From an uncultured Klebsiella sp. (GTDB lineage: Bacteria > Verrucomicrobiota > Verrucomicrobiia > Limisphaerales > SXTU01), in contig CAZCBE010000004.1 in NCBI GenBank assembly GCA_964496695.1, positions 32,123 through 96,122 on the forward strand: DNA of 64,000 bases, read 5' to 3'. This document shows positions 17,936-28,000 of the stretch, in pieces. Under the pieces are notes generated by a model that did not search any database, was not told the DNA's origin, and saw only the letters and a list, made by a program, of their open reading frames with translations. Position 1 is the stretch's first letter, and each line of letters opens with the position of its first letter. A program made the translations under genes and the position numbers.

Positions 17936-19117
17936 TCACGCCTCCGGCAGGGTGAAGCAAAACGTCGCCCCCTCGCCGGGCTCGCTGTTCACCCAAACTT
18001 CGCCACCGTGGGATTGGACAATGTGCTTCACGATGGCGAGCCCCAGGCCGGTGCCGCCAGCGTCGCGGGAGCGCGCCTTGTCCACGCGGTAGAAGCGCTC
18101 AAATACCCGTGTCTGCGCCTCGGCGGGAACACCGGGACCGTCGTCACGCACCCAGAATTCCACCTGCTTGTTGTCCTTTTTTCGCGCTCCGATCACCACG
18201 TTTCCGCCGGTCAGTCCGTATTTGATGGCGTTGTCCACCAGATTGAAGAACACCTGCTGCAGCCGGTCGGCATCGGCATGCACCACGGTTTCCACCGGCA
18301 CCTCGTTGACCAGTTGGGCCTGCTTGGCGGCGGCTTTGGCTTCCAGGTCGCCGATGACCCGCTCGACCACGACATGCGGTTCGATGCGCTGGAGGTTCAT
18401 CACGATCTGGCCCGATTCCAGCCGTGAGATGGTGAGCAGGTCTTCGATCAGGTAGGTCAGCCGGTCGGCGTGCTTCTCGATGGTGTTGAGGAACTTGGTG
18501 GCGACTTCGGGATTGTCCTTTGCGCCGTCAATGAGCGTCTCGACATAGCCCTTGATGAGCGAAAGCGGCGTGCGCAGTTCGTGGCTGACGTTGGCGACGA
18601 ATTCGCGCCGGGTGTTCTCCAGTTGCTTCAGCCGGGTCAGGTCGTGGCAGACAAGGATGATGCCCTGCTGTCGGCCATCCGGGCCGAGGACCACGGCGGA
18701 GTTCACCTGCAGGCTGCGGTTGCCATCAAGGCCCGGCAGCTCCAGTTCAAACTCCTGCACCTGGCCCTCGACGAGGGTGCGGTTCACCAGTTCCTGCACT
18801 TGATGCAGGCGAAGGGCTTCCATGACCGTGCGGCCTCGCAGGTCGCCGGTCACCCCGAACAGCCGCTCCAGCGCCTGATTGACCAGCCGCACCCGCCCGT
18901 CGGCATCGAGCACCAGCACGCCTTCACTCATGCTGTTGAACAGCGCCTGCTGCTGGGCCAGTTCCCACGCGCGCGCCTGCTCGTGCTGCTGGCGGAGCTT
19001 CTCAAACTCCCGCCGTTGACGCCCACGCTCCGCCTCAGCGTCCCGACGGCATCGTATCAACGCCGCTAAACAAGCGCCTGCAACAAGCAGGGCGAGTATG
19101 GTGAGCGCGGGCCACAT
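17936..19117 (-). CDS. sensor histidine kinase, PhoR-like (TM + PAS + HisKA + HATPase)
   Basis: H-box HELRTPLSLIKGYVETL and G-box-containing HATPase (GGTGLGLAIVKHIV). One N-terminal TM helix. Sits directly downstream of an OmpR/PhoB-type regulator. Confidence 0.85.
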   Translation of the reverse strand: MWPALTILALLVAGACLAALIRCRRDAEAERGRQRREFEKLRQQHEQARAWELAQQQALFNSMSEGVLVLDADGRVRLVNQALERLFGVTGDLRGRTVMEALRLHQVQELVNRTLVEGQVQEFELELPGLDGNRSLQVNSAVVLGPDGRQQGIILVCHDLTRLKQLENTRREFVANVSHELRTPLSLIKGYVETLIDGAKDNPEVATKFLNTIEKHADRLTYLIEDLLTISRLESGQIVMNLQRIEPHVVVERVIGDLEAKAAAKQAQLVNEVPVETVVHADADRLQQVFFNLVDNAIKYGLTGGNVVIGARKKDNKQVEFWVRDDGPGVPAEAQTRVFERFYRVDKARSRDAGGTGLGLAIVKHIVQSHGGEVWVNSEPGEGATFCFTLPEA

Positions 19118-19151
19118 CGGGCGGAGAATGGCGAGGGGAGGGAAGGGGGAA

Positions 19152-19213
19152 AAGTAATTAGTGATCAGTGCGGTGGCCGAAATCGGAGACTAATCACTAA
19201 GCACTAATTACTT
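19152..19213. promoter_or_regulatory. AT-rich 12-bp-arm inverted repeat in the intercistronic spacer of the PhoB/PhoR-like operon
   Basis: aagtaattagtg (19152-19163) ... cactaattactt (19202-19213), with a further partial pairing gtgatcagtg / cactaagcac. It sits between the RR stop (19220) and HK start (19117). Confidence 0.45.
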
Positions 19214-19219
19214 CTTCCA

Positions 19220-19900
19220 TCACCCCGCCACAAACCGATACCCCACCCCCCGCACCGTATCCAAATGTTTGGCGGCCTTCCCGAGCTTCTCCCGGAGTCG
19301 CCGCATGTGCGTATCCACCGTGCGGGTGTCAATCACGTTGTCATATTCCCACACGTCCTTGAGCAACTGGTCGCGCGACTGCACCCGCCCGCGCCGTTGC
19401 GCGAGGATGGTCAGCAGTTTGAACTCGGTGGCGGTCAGTTCGATGCGCTTGCCGTTCACCGTCACGCTGTGCGCGGGCACGTCGAGGATCAATTCGCCAA
19501 ATTGCATCCGCTCGGCCTTGGCCTCGGTCGTCTCCCGGCGGCGCAGCAGGCCCTTGATGCGGAGCATCAGCTCGCGTGGACTGAACGGCTTGGTCACATA
19601 GTCATCCGCGCCGAGTTCCAGCCCCAGCACGCGGTCAATCTCCGCCGCCTTGGCCGTAAGCATCAGCACCGGGATGCCTGCCGTGGATGCATCGCGCCGC
19701 AGCAATTTGCAGACCTCCAGCCCGTCCACCTCGGGGATCATCAGATCCAGCACGATGAGGTCAGGCAGCGTTGCCCGGGCTTTTTTCAAGGCCTCCGCTC
19801 CGTCCGCCGCCGTCACCACCTCGAAGCCAGCATTCTTCAAGTTGAACTCGACCAGTTCAACGGCATCCGGCTCATCGTCCACCACGAGAATCTTTGCCAT
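19220..19900 (-). CDS. OmpR/PhoB-family response regulator
   Basis: MAKILVVDDEPDAVELVEFNLKNAGFEVV (REC domain with DD pair and phospho-acceptor Asp in DLMIPEVDG) plus a C-terminal winged-helix (VDTHMRRLREKLG). Confidence 0.9.
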   Translation of the reverse strand: MAKILVVDDEPDAVELVEFNLKNAGFEVVTAADGAEALKKARATLPDLIVLDLMIPEVDGLEVCKLLRRDASTAGIPVLMLTAKAAEIDRVLGLELGADDYVTKPFSPRELMLRIKGLLRRRETTEAKAERMQFGELILDVPAHSVTVNGKRIELTATEFKLLTILAQRRGRVQSRDQLLKDVWEYDNVIDTRTVDTHMRRLREKLGKAAKHLDTVRGVGYRFVAG

Positions 19901-20054
19901 ATGTTGCCCAAGTGGGTAACACGCACCAGGTAACGAAACAACGACAAGGCGGTGACAACGATGTTACGAACAGGTGACGGCCCCGTAGGAGACGACGTGA
20001 GGAGTCTCTCATTGTCGGTTTGCCTCCAGCCTGTGGTCAGCCCAAACTACCGCC

Positions 20055-22124
20055 ATGCGTTCCCTCGTTGCCGCGATCGCGTTCGTCATCACCAGCGCGT
20101 TCCTGACTGGCGCTGAAGTCTCATGGCCCAAACTCCCCGAACGCGACGGCCCCATTGTCATCCCTGCCCAAGAATGGCCCGCCCGCCCCGGCCCGCGCGA
20201 GGTCCGCTTGCAAATCCACTACCCCGGCGGCACGCGCGCCAGCATCGGTCCGCGCACGGGCATCTTCCTCACCCTGCACAACTGGGGCGGGAGCAATTGC
20301 GATGGCACCGCCAGCCCGGCCGTGCTTGCCCGCGAGTTCAACTGCGTCGCCCTCTGTGTGAACTACCTCCAGAGTGGTCCGAAGGATTCCATCGAAGGCC
20401 CTGAGCCTTACGACTTCGGCTGGTTGCAAAGCCTCGACGCCTTGCGTGCCCTGTGGCTCGTGTTCAACGAACTCGACACGACCAAGACGCCCTTCGCCCG
20501 CGGACGCCTCTTTGCCACCGGTGGCAGCGGCGGTGGCAATGTCACCCTCATGGCCAACAAGCTCGCCCCGCGCACCTTCACGGCCGTTGTGGACATGTGC
20601 GGCATGAAGAAGCTCAGCGACGCCCTTGCCTACAAACTTCCCGCCGGCGGCGGCCTTGATGGCCGCTGGAGCCGCGATCCCGCCAGCCCAAACTTGCTTA
20701 CGCCCGGTGCGCAGGAAATCCGCTTCGTCGGCCACCCCGCGCATCTGGCTGAGATGAAGCGTCTTGGCAGCACGTCCAAGGTCTTCTCCGTCCACGGCGT
20801 GGACGACAAAACCTGCCTCGCCGACGGCCAGGAAATGGTCGCGAACATGCAGCGCGCCGGCCTCGACATCACGCCCGTCTGGGTCACGAAGGAGATGGTG
20901 GACGGCAAAATCTTCAGCACCACCGGCCACGCCCTCGGCAATCGCACCTTCATCCCTGGCCACGTCGCCGGGAAATTCCTGCGTGCTGACAGCTCTGATG
21001 CGCTGGACCGCAAGACCCTCACCGATTTCGAGCGCCGCGAGGACATCCGCTATGTCACGACTGACGGCGTGTTTGTGATTTCCTATGCGCAAGGCTATCC
21101 CGTCGGCCGCTTCGAGCCAGCGGCTCCCACCCCCGCCTACCCCGACCGTTTCGACCTGCTCCGCGTCACCGCATCCGATGGGAAGAGCAGCATGGCGAAA
21201 TCACCTGCCGATTGGGAACCGCGCCGTCGCCACATCGCAGCCGCACTGGAGCGTGCGATGGGCCCGTTCCCCAACCCCGCCAAGCGCGTCGCCCTCGACG
21301 TGAAGGTGCTGGAGGAGGTGAGACTTGATGGCGGGCTCATCCGGCGCAAGCTGACCTATCAGAGCGACGCGACCGACCGCGTCGCTGCCTATCTGTTCCT
21401 CCCCGAAGCCGCCGCGAAGGCGAAACTCCCCGCCGTCCTCTGCCTCCACCAGACCACCAAGCTCGGCAAGGCCGAGTCCGCCGGCCTTGTGGAGAACCCC
21501 AAGCAATACGCCCTACACCTCGCGCAGCGCGGCTACGTGACCTTTGCCCCCGACTACCCGAGCTTTGGCGACTCGAAGTATGACTTCGACCCGCGCCACG
21601 GCTATGCCAGCGGCACCATGAAGGCGGTCTGGGACAACGTCCGCGCCGTGGATCTGCTGGAGTCACTCCCCGAGGTGGACGCGTCGCGCCTCGGCGTCAT
21701 CGGCCACTCGCTCGGCGGGCACAACGCGATGTTCACCGCCGTGTTCGAGCCGCGCCTGCGCGTGATCGTGTCGAGCTGCGGCTTCACCACCTTCCGCAAG
21801 GACGACGTGCCGAGCTGGACAGGCAAGGTTTACATGCCGCGCATCAAGACCGAGTTCGCCAACGACGCTGCGAAGGTGCCCTTCGACTTCCCGGAGATCG
21901 TCGCGGCCTTCGCCCCGCGCCCCTTCCTAACCTGCTCGGCGGAAGGCGATACCGACTTCGACGTGTCCGGTGTCCGCGATGTGCTCGCCGCCGCACGCCG
22001 GGTCTATGAACTCCATGGCAGAGCAGGGGCCCTGACCGGCTACTATCCCAAAGGCCCCCACGCCTTCCCCGACGACGCCCGCAAAGTCGCCTACGACTTC
22101 TTCGACCAGCATCTGCGAAAGTGA
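20055..22124 (+). CDS. secreted protein with two alpha/beta-hydrolase-fold domains (esterase/dienelactone-hydrolase-like)
   Basis: Signal peptide at the N terminus. First domain has LHNWGGSN and ATGGSGGGNV (GxSxG-like). Second domain has LCLHQTTKLGK and GVIGHSLGGHNAMF (GxSxG nucleophile elbow). Confidence 0.7.
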   Translation: MRSLVAAIAFVITSAFLTGAEVSWPKLPERDGPIVIPAQEWPARPGPREVRLQIHYPGGTRASIGPRTGIFLTLHNWGGSNCDGTASPAVLAREFNCVALCVNYLQSGPKDSIEGPEPYDFGWLQSLDALRALWLVFNELDTTKTPFARGRLFATGGSGGGNVTLMANKLAPRTFTAVVDMCGMKKLSDALAYKLPAGGGLDGRWSRDPASPNLLTPGAQEIRFVGHPAHLAEMKRLGSTSKVFSVHGVDDKTCLADGQEMVANMQRAGLDITPVWVTKEMVDGKIFSTTGHALGNRTFIPGHVAGKFLRADSSDALDRKTLTDFERREDIRYVTTDGVFVISYAQGYPVGRFEPAAPTPAYPDRFDLLRVTASDGKSSMAKSPADWEPRRRHIAAALERAMGPFPNPAKRVALDVKVLEEVRLDGGLIRRKLTYQSDATDRVAAYLFLPEAAAKAKLPAVLCLHQTTKLGKAESAGLVENPKQYALHLAQRGYVTFAPDYPSFGDSKYDFDPRHGYASGTMKAVWDNVRAVDLLESLPEVDASRLGVIGHSLGGHNAMFTAVFEPRLRVIVSSCGFTTFRKDDVPSWTGKVYMPRIKTEFANDAAKVPFDFPEIVAAFAPRPFLTCSAEGDTDFDVSGVRDVLAAARRVYELHGRAGALTGYYPKGPHAFPDDARKVAYDFFDQHLRK

Positions 22125-22125
22125 C

Positions 22126-22318
22126 CGTGAAGGGGACACTCCTGTCCCCTTTGAACTGCAGGACAAGCGAGTCCCGCTCACGGCGCACATCTTGGACTGT
22201 GCCGGCAGAGCGCAGCCGCGACGGCGCCTTGGCCTTCCGCGGAGCGGAAAGTGCAGCAACTGTGAAGGGGACACTCTTGTCCCCTTTGAACTACGGGACA
22301 AGAGTGTCCCGCTCACAG
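22126..22318. repeat. two direct copies of a ~57-bp palindromic GGACA...TGTCC hairpin repeat (22126-22183 and 22261-22318)
   Basis: cgtgaaggggacactcctgtcccctttgaactgcaggacaagcgagtcccgctcacg and tgtgaaggggacactcttgtcccctttgaactacgggacaagagtgtcccgctcaca. Each unit contains two GGGACA(N4)TGTCCC stem-loops and terminal inverted GTGAA...TCAC ends. Confidence 0.7.
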
Positions 22319-22372
22319 TGGCACCCCCACCGTTGCCTTCCTCCCCATCCTCCCGCACACTCCGCCTGCTAC

Positions 22373-23953
22373 ATGAGCAAGCGTTTCTACATCACGACCG
22401 CGATTGACTATGTGAACGGCCAGCCGCACCTCGGCCATGCCTACGAGAAGATCATCGCGGATGTCATCGCCCGCAGCCGCCGCGCGCTGGGCGAGGAGGT
22501 CTTCTTTCTCACCGGCCTCGACGAACACGGGCAGAAGGTCCAGCAGGCCGCGCAGGCCGACGGCAAATCCGCCCAGGCCTACTGCGACGAACTCGCCACG
22601 AGCTGGCAGTCCTTCGTCGCCAAACTCGGCCTCACCAACGACGACTTCGTCCGCACCACGTCGGCGCGCCACAAGGACGTCGTGCAGGCCATTCTCACGA
22701 AGCTCCATGCGGAGGGGCACTTCTACCAGGCCAGCACCGAGGGCTTTTACTCCACCAAGGAGGAAACCTTCGTCACCGAGAAGGAACGCCTGCCGGACGG
22801 CACCTTTCCCCCGCACTATGGCGAAGTCGTAAAACTTTCCGAAACCAACTGGTATTTCAAACTGGGCGCACACCAGCAATGGCTCATTGACCACATCGAG
22901 GCGAACCAGTCCTTTATCCAGCCCGACTACCGGCGCAACGAAGTCCTCGGCTTCCTCAAGAACAACACCCTCGAAGACCTCTGCATCAGCCGCCCCGCCG
23001 CCCGCCTCACCTGGGGCATCCCCATCCCCTTCGACCTCGCCTACGTCACCTACGTCTGGTTCGACGCGCTGGTGAATTACGTCTCCGTTCCGGCCATCCA
23101 TGGGGACTTCGACCTCATGGAATATTACGCTCCAGCCATCGCCGCTGCCGGAACGCGCAAGATATTTCCCGGCCCAAAACTATGGCCCGCCGACATCCAC
23201 GTCATCGGCAAGGACATCGTCAAGTTCCACGCCGTTTATTGGCCCATCATGCTCAAGGCCATGGGCCTGCCGCTGCCCAGGCAGCTCCTCGTCCACGGCT
23301 GGTGGCAGAAGGACGGCGCGAAGATGAGCAAGAGCACTGGCAATGTCGTGGACCCCGTCGCTGTCATTGACGACTGGGGTCTCGACGCCTTCCGCTTCTA
23401 CGTCGTGCGCGAACTGGACATCGGCCCCGACGGCAACTGGACCGACGCCGGGTTCGCCGCGCGCTACCAGGCCGAGCTGGCCAACGGCCTCGGCAACCTC
23501 GTCAACCGCTCGCTCTCCATGCTCAAGCGCTACCGCGCCGGCGTCATCCCTGCACGCCACGATGAACTGGCTGCCGACGCGGCCAAGGCGGCTGCGGATA
23601 CTGTGGCCCACCTCCGCGCCAGCGAACTCCAGAAAGCTCTCCACAGCATCTGGACGCTCGTCACCCGCGCGAATCAATACGTGGACCAGACCGCGCCGTT
23701 CCGGCTGGCCAAGGACCCCGCGCAAGCCGCGCGCCTCGACGAAGTGCTCTACAACCTTGCGGAAAGCTGCCGCATCCTCGCCGTGCTGCTGCATCCCTTC
23801 ATCCCCGGCACCGCCGCGCGAATCTACGCCCAGCTCAACCTCCCGGGCTCTCCGGACCAGCTTGCCCTCGCTTCCTGGGGTGGCCTGACGCCGGGCCAAA
23901 CCATCGGCGAACCAGCCGCGCTTTTCCCGCGCAGGGATGCGCCCAAGGCGTGA
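22373..23953 (+). CDS. metG: methionine--tRNA ligase (short form)
   Basis: ATG at 22373 (MSKRFYITTAIDYVNGQPHLGHAYEKI = HIGH motif). KMSKS motif present (GAKMSKSTGNVV). The upstream in-frame extension overlaps the repeat elements and is discarded. Confidence 0.9.
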   Translation: MSKRFYITTAIDYVNGQPHLGHAYEKIIADVIARSRRALGEEVFFLTGLDEHGQKVQQAAQADGKSAQAYCDELATSWQSFVAKLGLTNDDFVRTTSARHKDVVQAILTKLHAEGHFYQASTEGFYSTKEETFVTEKERLPDGTFPPHYGEVVKLSETNWYFKLGAHQQWLIDHIEANQSFIQPDYRRNEVLGFLKNNTLEDLCISRPAARLTWGIPIPFDLAYVTYVWFDALVNYVSVPAIHGDFDLMEYYAPAIAAAGTRKIFPGPKLWPADIHVIGKDIVKFHAVYWPIMLKAMGLPLPRQLLVHGWWQKDGAKMSKSTGNVVDPVAVIDDWGLDAFRFYVVRELDIGPDGNWTDAGFAARYQAELANGLGNLVNRSLSMLKRYRAGVIPARHDELAADAAKAAADTVAHLRASELQKALHSIWTLVTRANQYVDQTAPFRLAKDPAQAARLDEVLYNLAESCRILAVLLHPFIPGTAARIYAQLNLPGSPDQLALASWGGLTPGQTIGEPAALFPRRDAPKA

Positions 23954-24086
23954 GCTGGACACTCCTGTCCAGAGGTGCTGCGCGGGGAACAGCTCAAAGG
24001 GGACAGGAGTGTCCCCTTCACGCCCGGTAGGGCGCGATTCGCCGGTGCCCGCGCCCTGATCGGCGGACAGAGTGTCCGCCTCACGA
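23950..24086. repeat. cluster of three inverted or partial copies of the GGACA...TGTCC hairpin repeat
   Basis: ctggacactcctgtccag (23955-23972), aaaggggacaggagtgtccccttcacg (about 23997-24023, reverse complement of the upstream unit) and ggcggacagagtgtccgcctcacg (24062-24085). They lie between the metG stop and the stop of the 24081-24932 gene. Confidence 0.7.
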
Positions 24087-24932
24087 TCTCTCGCTGCGCC
24101 GTTTCGTGAAATCCGGCATCTTCTTGAAGCGTTCCAGCGAGTCCTGCTTCCAGTCGCGGGCGGCGGGTGCTGTGGACTTCGTTGGCACGGGCTGAGGAGC
24201 CACCGCCGCATCGGGGGTGCTTTCAGTTTGCTGCCGCGCCGCCGGGGCAGGGGAGGTGCGCGGCTCGAAGTAGGTGCTTTGCGTGAAGGCCGACATCAAG
24301 GGTGCGGGCGACTGCGAGGCCGGCACTGGTTGCCTTGTCGGGGTTGGTTCAGGACTGGCCGCAGCCTGAGGCAGGGCCTCATGTGGAATTGGCGGCGGCG
24401 TGCTCGTCGGCTCCGGCTCCAGCGCCCGCCAACGGAGGCGGAGAGCCGGAGCCGGTCCCACTTGCACGGAGACTTCGCAGTAGTGGAGGTCGTCGAAGCG
24501 GGTCTGGGCGGCGATCTCTTCCGCCTTCACCAGCGCGGCGAGGACGCCATGGACCACGCGCCGGTCGTCATTCGGCTTGAGCATCGAGCGGATCGCCGCC
24601 ACGCCGACGACCTCGACGCGTTCCAGATGCGCGGTGAGCCGGGCCGCGATGCCCAGTTCCATGTCCACGCCGGTCAGCGCGTAGCCGGCCCGCAAGAAGA
24701 CTGGCGCACCTTCGTTCAACTCGCGGACTGCCAGGTTTACGGTTTCGCCGGTTTCCGCCCGGAGGCCGGCGATGCTGGCCTGCACCTCGGTGCGAAGCTG
24801 CTGAAGCTGGCTGGTGGTCTGCGTGACGATGTCCTTGGCCTGCTCGATCCGCTCCGGCGCAGTCTCCAGCAGTTCCCGCACGCGCTCAGCTTGCTGCGAG
24901 AGTTCCTTGGCCCGGCGAAGCATCTTGCTCAT
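24081..24932 (-). CDS. hypothetical coiled-coil / proline-rich protein (283 aa), last gene of the flotillin-linked cassette
   Basis: ATG at 24932 (MSKMLRRAKELSQQAERVRELLE...). N-terminal heptad-like helices, a central conserved-looking block (GYALTGVDMELGIAARLTAHLERVEVVG), and a Pro/Ala/Thr-rich C-terminus. Preceded by a 134-bp spacer carrying direct and inverted repeats. Confidence 0.55.
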   Translation of the reverse strand: MSKMLRRAKELSQQAERVRELLETAPERIEQAKDIVTQTTSQLQQLRTEVQASIAGLRAETGETVNLAVRELNEGAPVFLRAGYALTGVDMELGIAARLTAHLERVEVVGVAAIRSMLKPNDDRRVVHGVLAALVKAEEIAAQTRFDDLHYCEVSVQVGPAPALRLRWRALEPEPTSTPPPIPHEALPQAAASPEPTPTRQPVPASQSPAPLMSAFTQSTYFEPRTSPAPAARQQTESTPDAAVAPQPVPTKSTAPAARDWKQDSLERFKKMPDFTKRRSERS

Positions 24933-25066
24933 AGAGGGTGGGTGGATGACTCAACGTCATGCTCGAAATTTTGACGCGAATTGCGCGAATTTGCGCGAAA
25001 TGGAATGGCCTGAGGCATGCAGTATCGGGTTTTGAATTCGTGTCAATGGGTGAAATTCGCGTCAAC
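24933..25066. promoter_or_regulatory. repeat-rich spacer (operator/promoter-like) between the giant AAA+ gene and the 283-aa gene
   Basis: ttgacgcgaattgcgcgaatttgcgcgaaat carries tandem gcgcgaa(t/a)t units. An inverted copy aattcgcgtcaa sits about 70 bp away (24975-24985 vs 25057-25067). The segment is AT-richer than the flanks. Confidence 0.35.
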
Positions 25067-28000
25067 TCAACCGGGTTCTTCCGGAATCGGTGGCGGCTTC
25101 GGTGCGGCCGGGTGATGTGAGGCGGCCAGGGCTTCGTTGAAGCGGCGGAGGAAGACGCTTTGGTTCTCCAGCATCTCCTGCGTCACCTCGACTTCCAGCG
25201 TGCCCTGTTTCGCGCGCGCGGCGAGGAGTTCCTGCGACGTGCGGATCTGGTCCCGCTGCTGGCGCGCGAGATCCTCCACGCTGGACATGGTGCTGTGGAG
25301 CATCTCCATCTCGTGCGTGAGGCTGTCCACCTTTTGGGAGAGCGCGCCGGAGTGGGCGGTGCGCAGCGCGCGGCTCAGCTCGACCCGCAGCGCCTTCATG
25401 CCGTCGGTGAACTGATGGATCAACACGCCCATGTCCGTGCCTTGCGCGGCGGTCTGAGACGGCCGTGTCTCCAGGCTCAGGCGGAGGGCTTCGAGCGTCT
25501 TCGCCAGCGTGTCAGCGTCAATGGCCGGAGTGGCCTGGGCGGCCGGCGTCGAGAGCCGCTGCTCCAGCGTGTCGCGAATGGATTCGAGGCCGCCTTGGAA
25601 CGTCGCGAGCTGCGCGACCAGCCGCCCGACCGGGTCGGTCGTGTCGGTGCCGCGCGTGAACTGGTTGCGCTTGAAGGTCCGCTTGATCTCCTCCCAGCGC
25701 GTCTTCTCCTCCGGCGACTGCACGGCGAGCAGTTCCTTGAGCTTGAGCATGTTCGCCTCGGCCCCAGTCGTGAGGGTCTGCGACTCATTGCGGTAGTGGG
25801 CGAGCACGAGCGCGCGGACCTCGGCGTCGTTCATGATGGGCGCGACCTTCTCGGCGAGCCGGTTCATGTTGCGGTAGCTGCCTTGCAACCGGAACGCCGG
25901 CTCGGTGCGGAACTCGTCGGCCTGCGCGGCGGAGGCGATGTATTCCTGGTTCACGCGCAGCACGATGTCGCGGATGGCCACGAGCTTGCGCAGCACATTG
26001 AGAATCTCCTCGATCTCCTGCGCGGAGTAACTGCCATCGAAGGTTTCGCTCTCGGGCTGGCCCGCGCCGGTCGCGGCCATGCGGATGAAGGTGCGCACGT
26101 CCTTCTGGCTGCGGTTGGCGAGCGGAGCGAGCACGGCGTTCGACGTGACGGCGTTTTCGAGATAGCTGGCCTTGAAAGAATCCGCGTTCCCACCGGCGGC
26201 GATGTCACCCAGGTTGTAGGTGTCGGCGCGGTTCGAGAGCATGTCCGGCAGCTTGAACTTCAGCCCGCTCTCCGTGTAGGGGTTGCCGCACATCACCACG
26301 ACGACCTTGCGCCCGCGCAGGTCATAGGTGCGCGGCTTGTTGCGCCAGACGCCCTCGATGCGGCGCTGGCCATCGCAGAGGGAGATGAACTTCTGGAGGA
26401 ACTCCGGGTTTGTGTGCTGGATGTCGTCCACGCAGATCATCACGTTGTCGCCCATCTCCAGCGCGAGGTTGAGCTTCTGGATTTCCTCGCGCGCCGCGGC
26501 GTTGGGCGCCTCCTGCGGGTCGAGCGACGTGACGTTGTGGCCGAGGGCAGGGCCGTTGATCTTGACGAACACGATGCCCAGCCGGCTGGCGACGTATTCC
26601 ATCAGCGTCGTCTTGCCGTAGCCGGGCGGCGAGATGAGCAGCAGCAGGCCCATCAGGTCCGTGCGCTTGGTCGCGCCCGCCGCGCCGACCTGCTTGGCGA
26701 GGTTGTCGCCGACGAGCGGGAGATAGACCTGGTCAATGAGCTGGTTGCGCACGAACGAGGTCAGCACCTTGGGCTTGAACTCGTCGAGCCGCAGCTTGGC
26801 GCGTTCGCGGTCGAGCAGCTCCTGCTTGAGCCGGTGGAACTGCTCGAAGCGCGGCACCACGTCGCGCTCGAAGTGGCGAAGCTTGTCGGTGAACGCGAGG
26901 TAGTCGAAGTGATAACGGCTCTCGCGCAGCGTGGCGTGCGCGCCTTTCATGCCTTCGAGCTTCGCGGTGGTGCTCGCGGCAACCATGGTGCGGGGCAGGG
27001 CGTCGCCGCAGAAGACAATCGCGGCCACCTCGTCGAGGTGCGTCCGGCTGGACTGGCCCAGCAGGAAGCCGCGCGTCCAGTCGCGGACCAGTTCGAACTC
27101 GCTCGCAGGATGCGATGCGAGAGCCTGGCGGGCTTGCGCGAAGTCATCTTCGCAGCCCTTCACCACGAGATGCTGTCTGAGGGCGGAGGTGAGCTGCTCG
27201 GCCTCGTGGCTGGAGGCGAAAGTGTCGCCGGTGGTCAGCTCGTGGAAGAGGTATTCGCCGGCGGGAGCGGCGATGTCAGGGGCGAAGAGCTTCGTCTCCT
27301 CAATGAAGACAGCCAGCAGCGCCTGCAACGCATGGATATAAACCTGCTGGGTGGGGTCCCCGGGGAAGAGGCGGCTGCGCGTGCCGAAGCCCTTGAGCTT
27401 CGCGGTCCAGAGGGCGCGGGTGTCCGGTGGACAGAAGCGGAGCCACCAGACCACGGCACATGCGCGGACGGTAGGATGGAAGCGCGCGAGGCGGAGCGCC
27501 GTGTGCGTGCTGAGCAGCGTGTGAAAGACACGCGCGGCGTCGAGGTCGTGGATGCCTTTCATGTAGCCCTCGGCGTAGCGGGCCTGCATGAAGTGCTGGA
27601 CGGCAGCGAGGCGGGTTTCGTCGTTGAGTGAGAGAGCGTCGGCGAGCGTGCGCGCAGCCCCCTCACCCCGGCCCTCTCCCCCACTGGGGGAGAGGGAGAA
27701 GAAGGCGCCGGACTCCGCGGCCTTCAACATCTGCCAGGCGAGATACTCGGCGCGATAGACCTGCGCGTTTTCGGAGATGACTTCCTGCTCCCACACATCG
27801 CGCGTCGCGAGGAATGCGTCGTCCGTGACCGGCTCGAAATACTTCGTGCTGGTCAGGTGGACGTGCTGCACGCCATCGCGGTTGACCACGGTGAGTTCGA
27901 GCGGCTGCGTGTTGGTGTTGAACTGGTGCCGGCCAAGCTGGATGACGTTCGGGCCGCCGGTGAACAGCTCCTGCCGGTCCTTCAACTGCCGCACTGCCTC

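Noticed and set aside
22121-22372. 84-codon N-terminal extension of the metG ORF
   Set aside because: It covers the two hairpin repeat units. The MetG homology and HIGH motif begin at ATG 22373.
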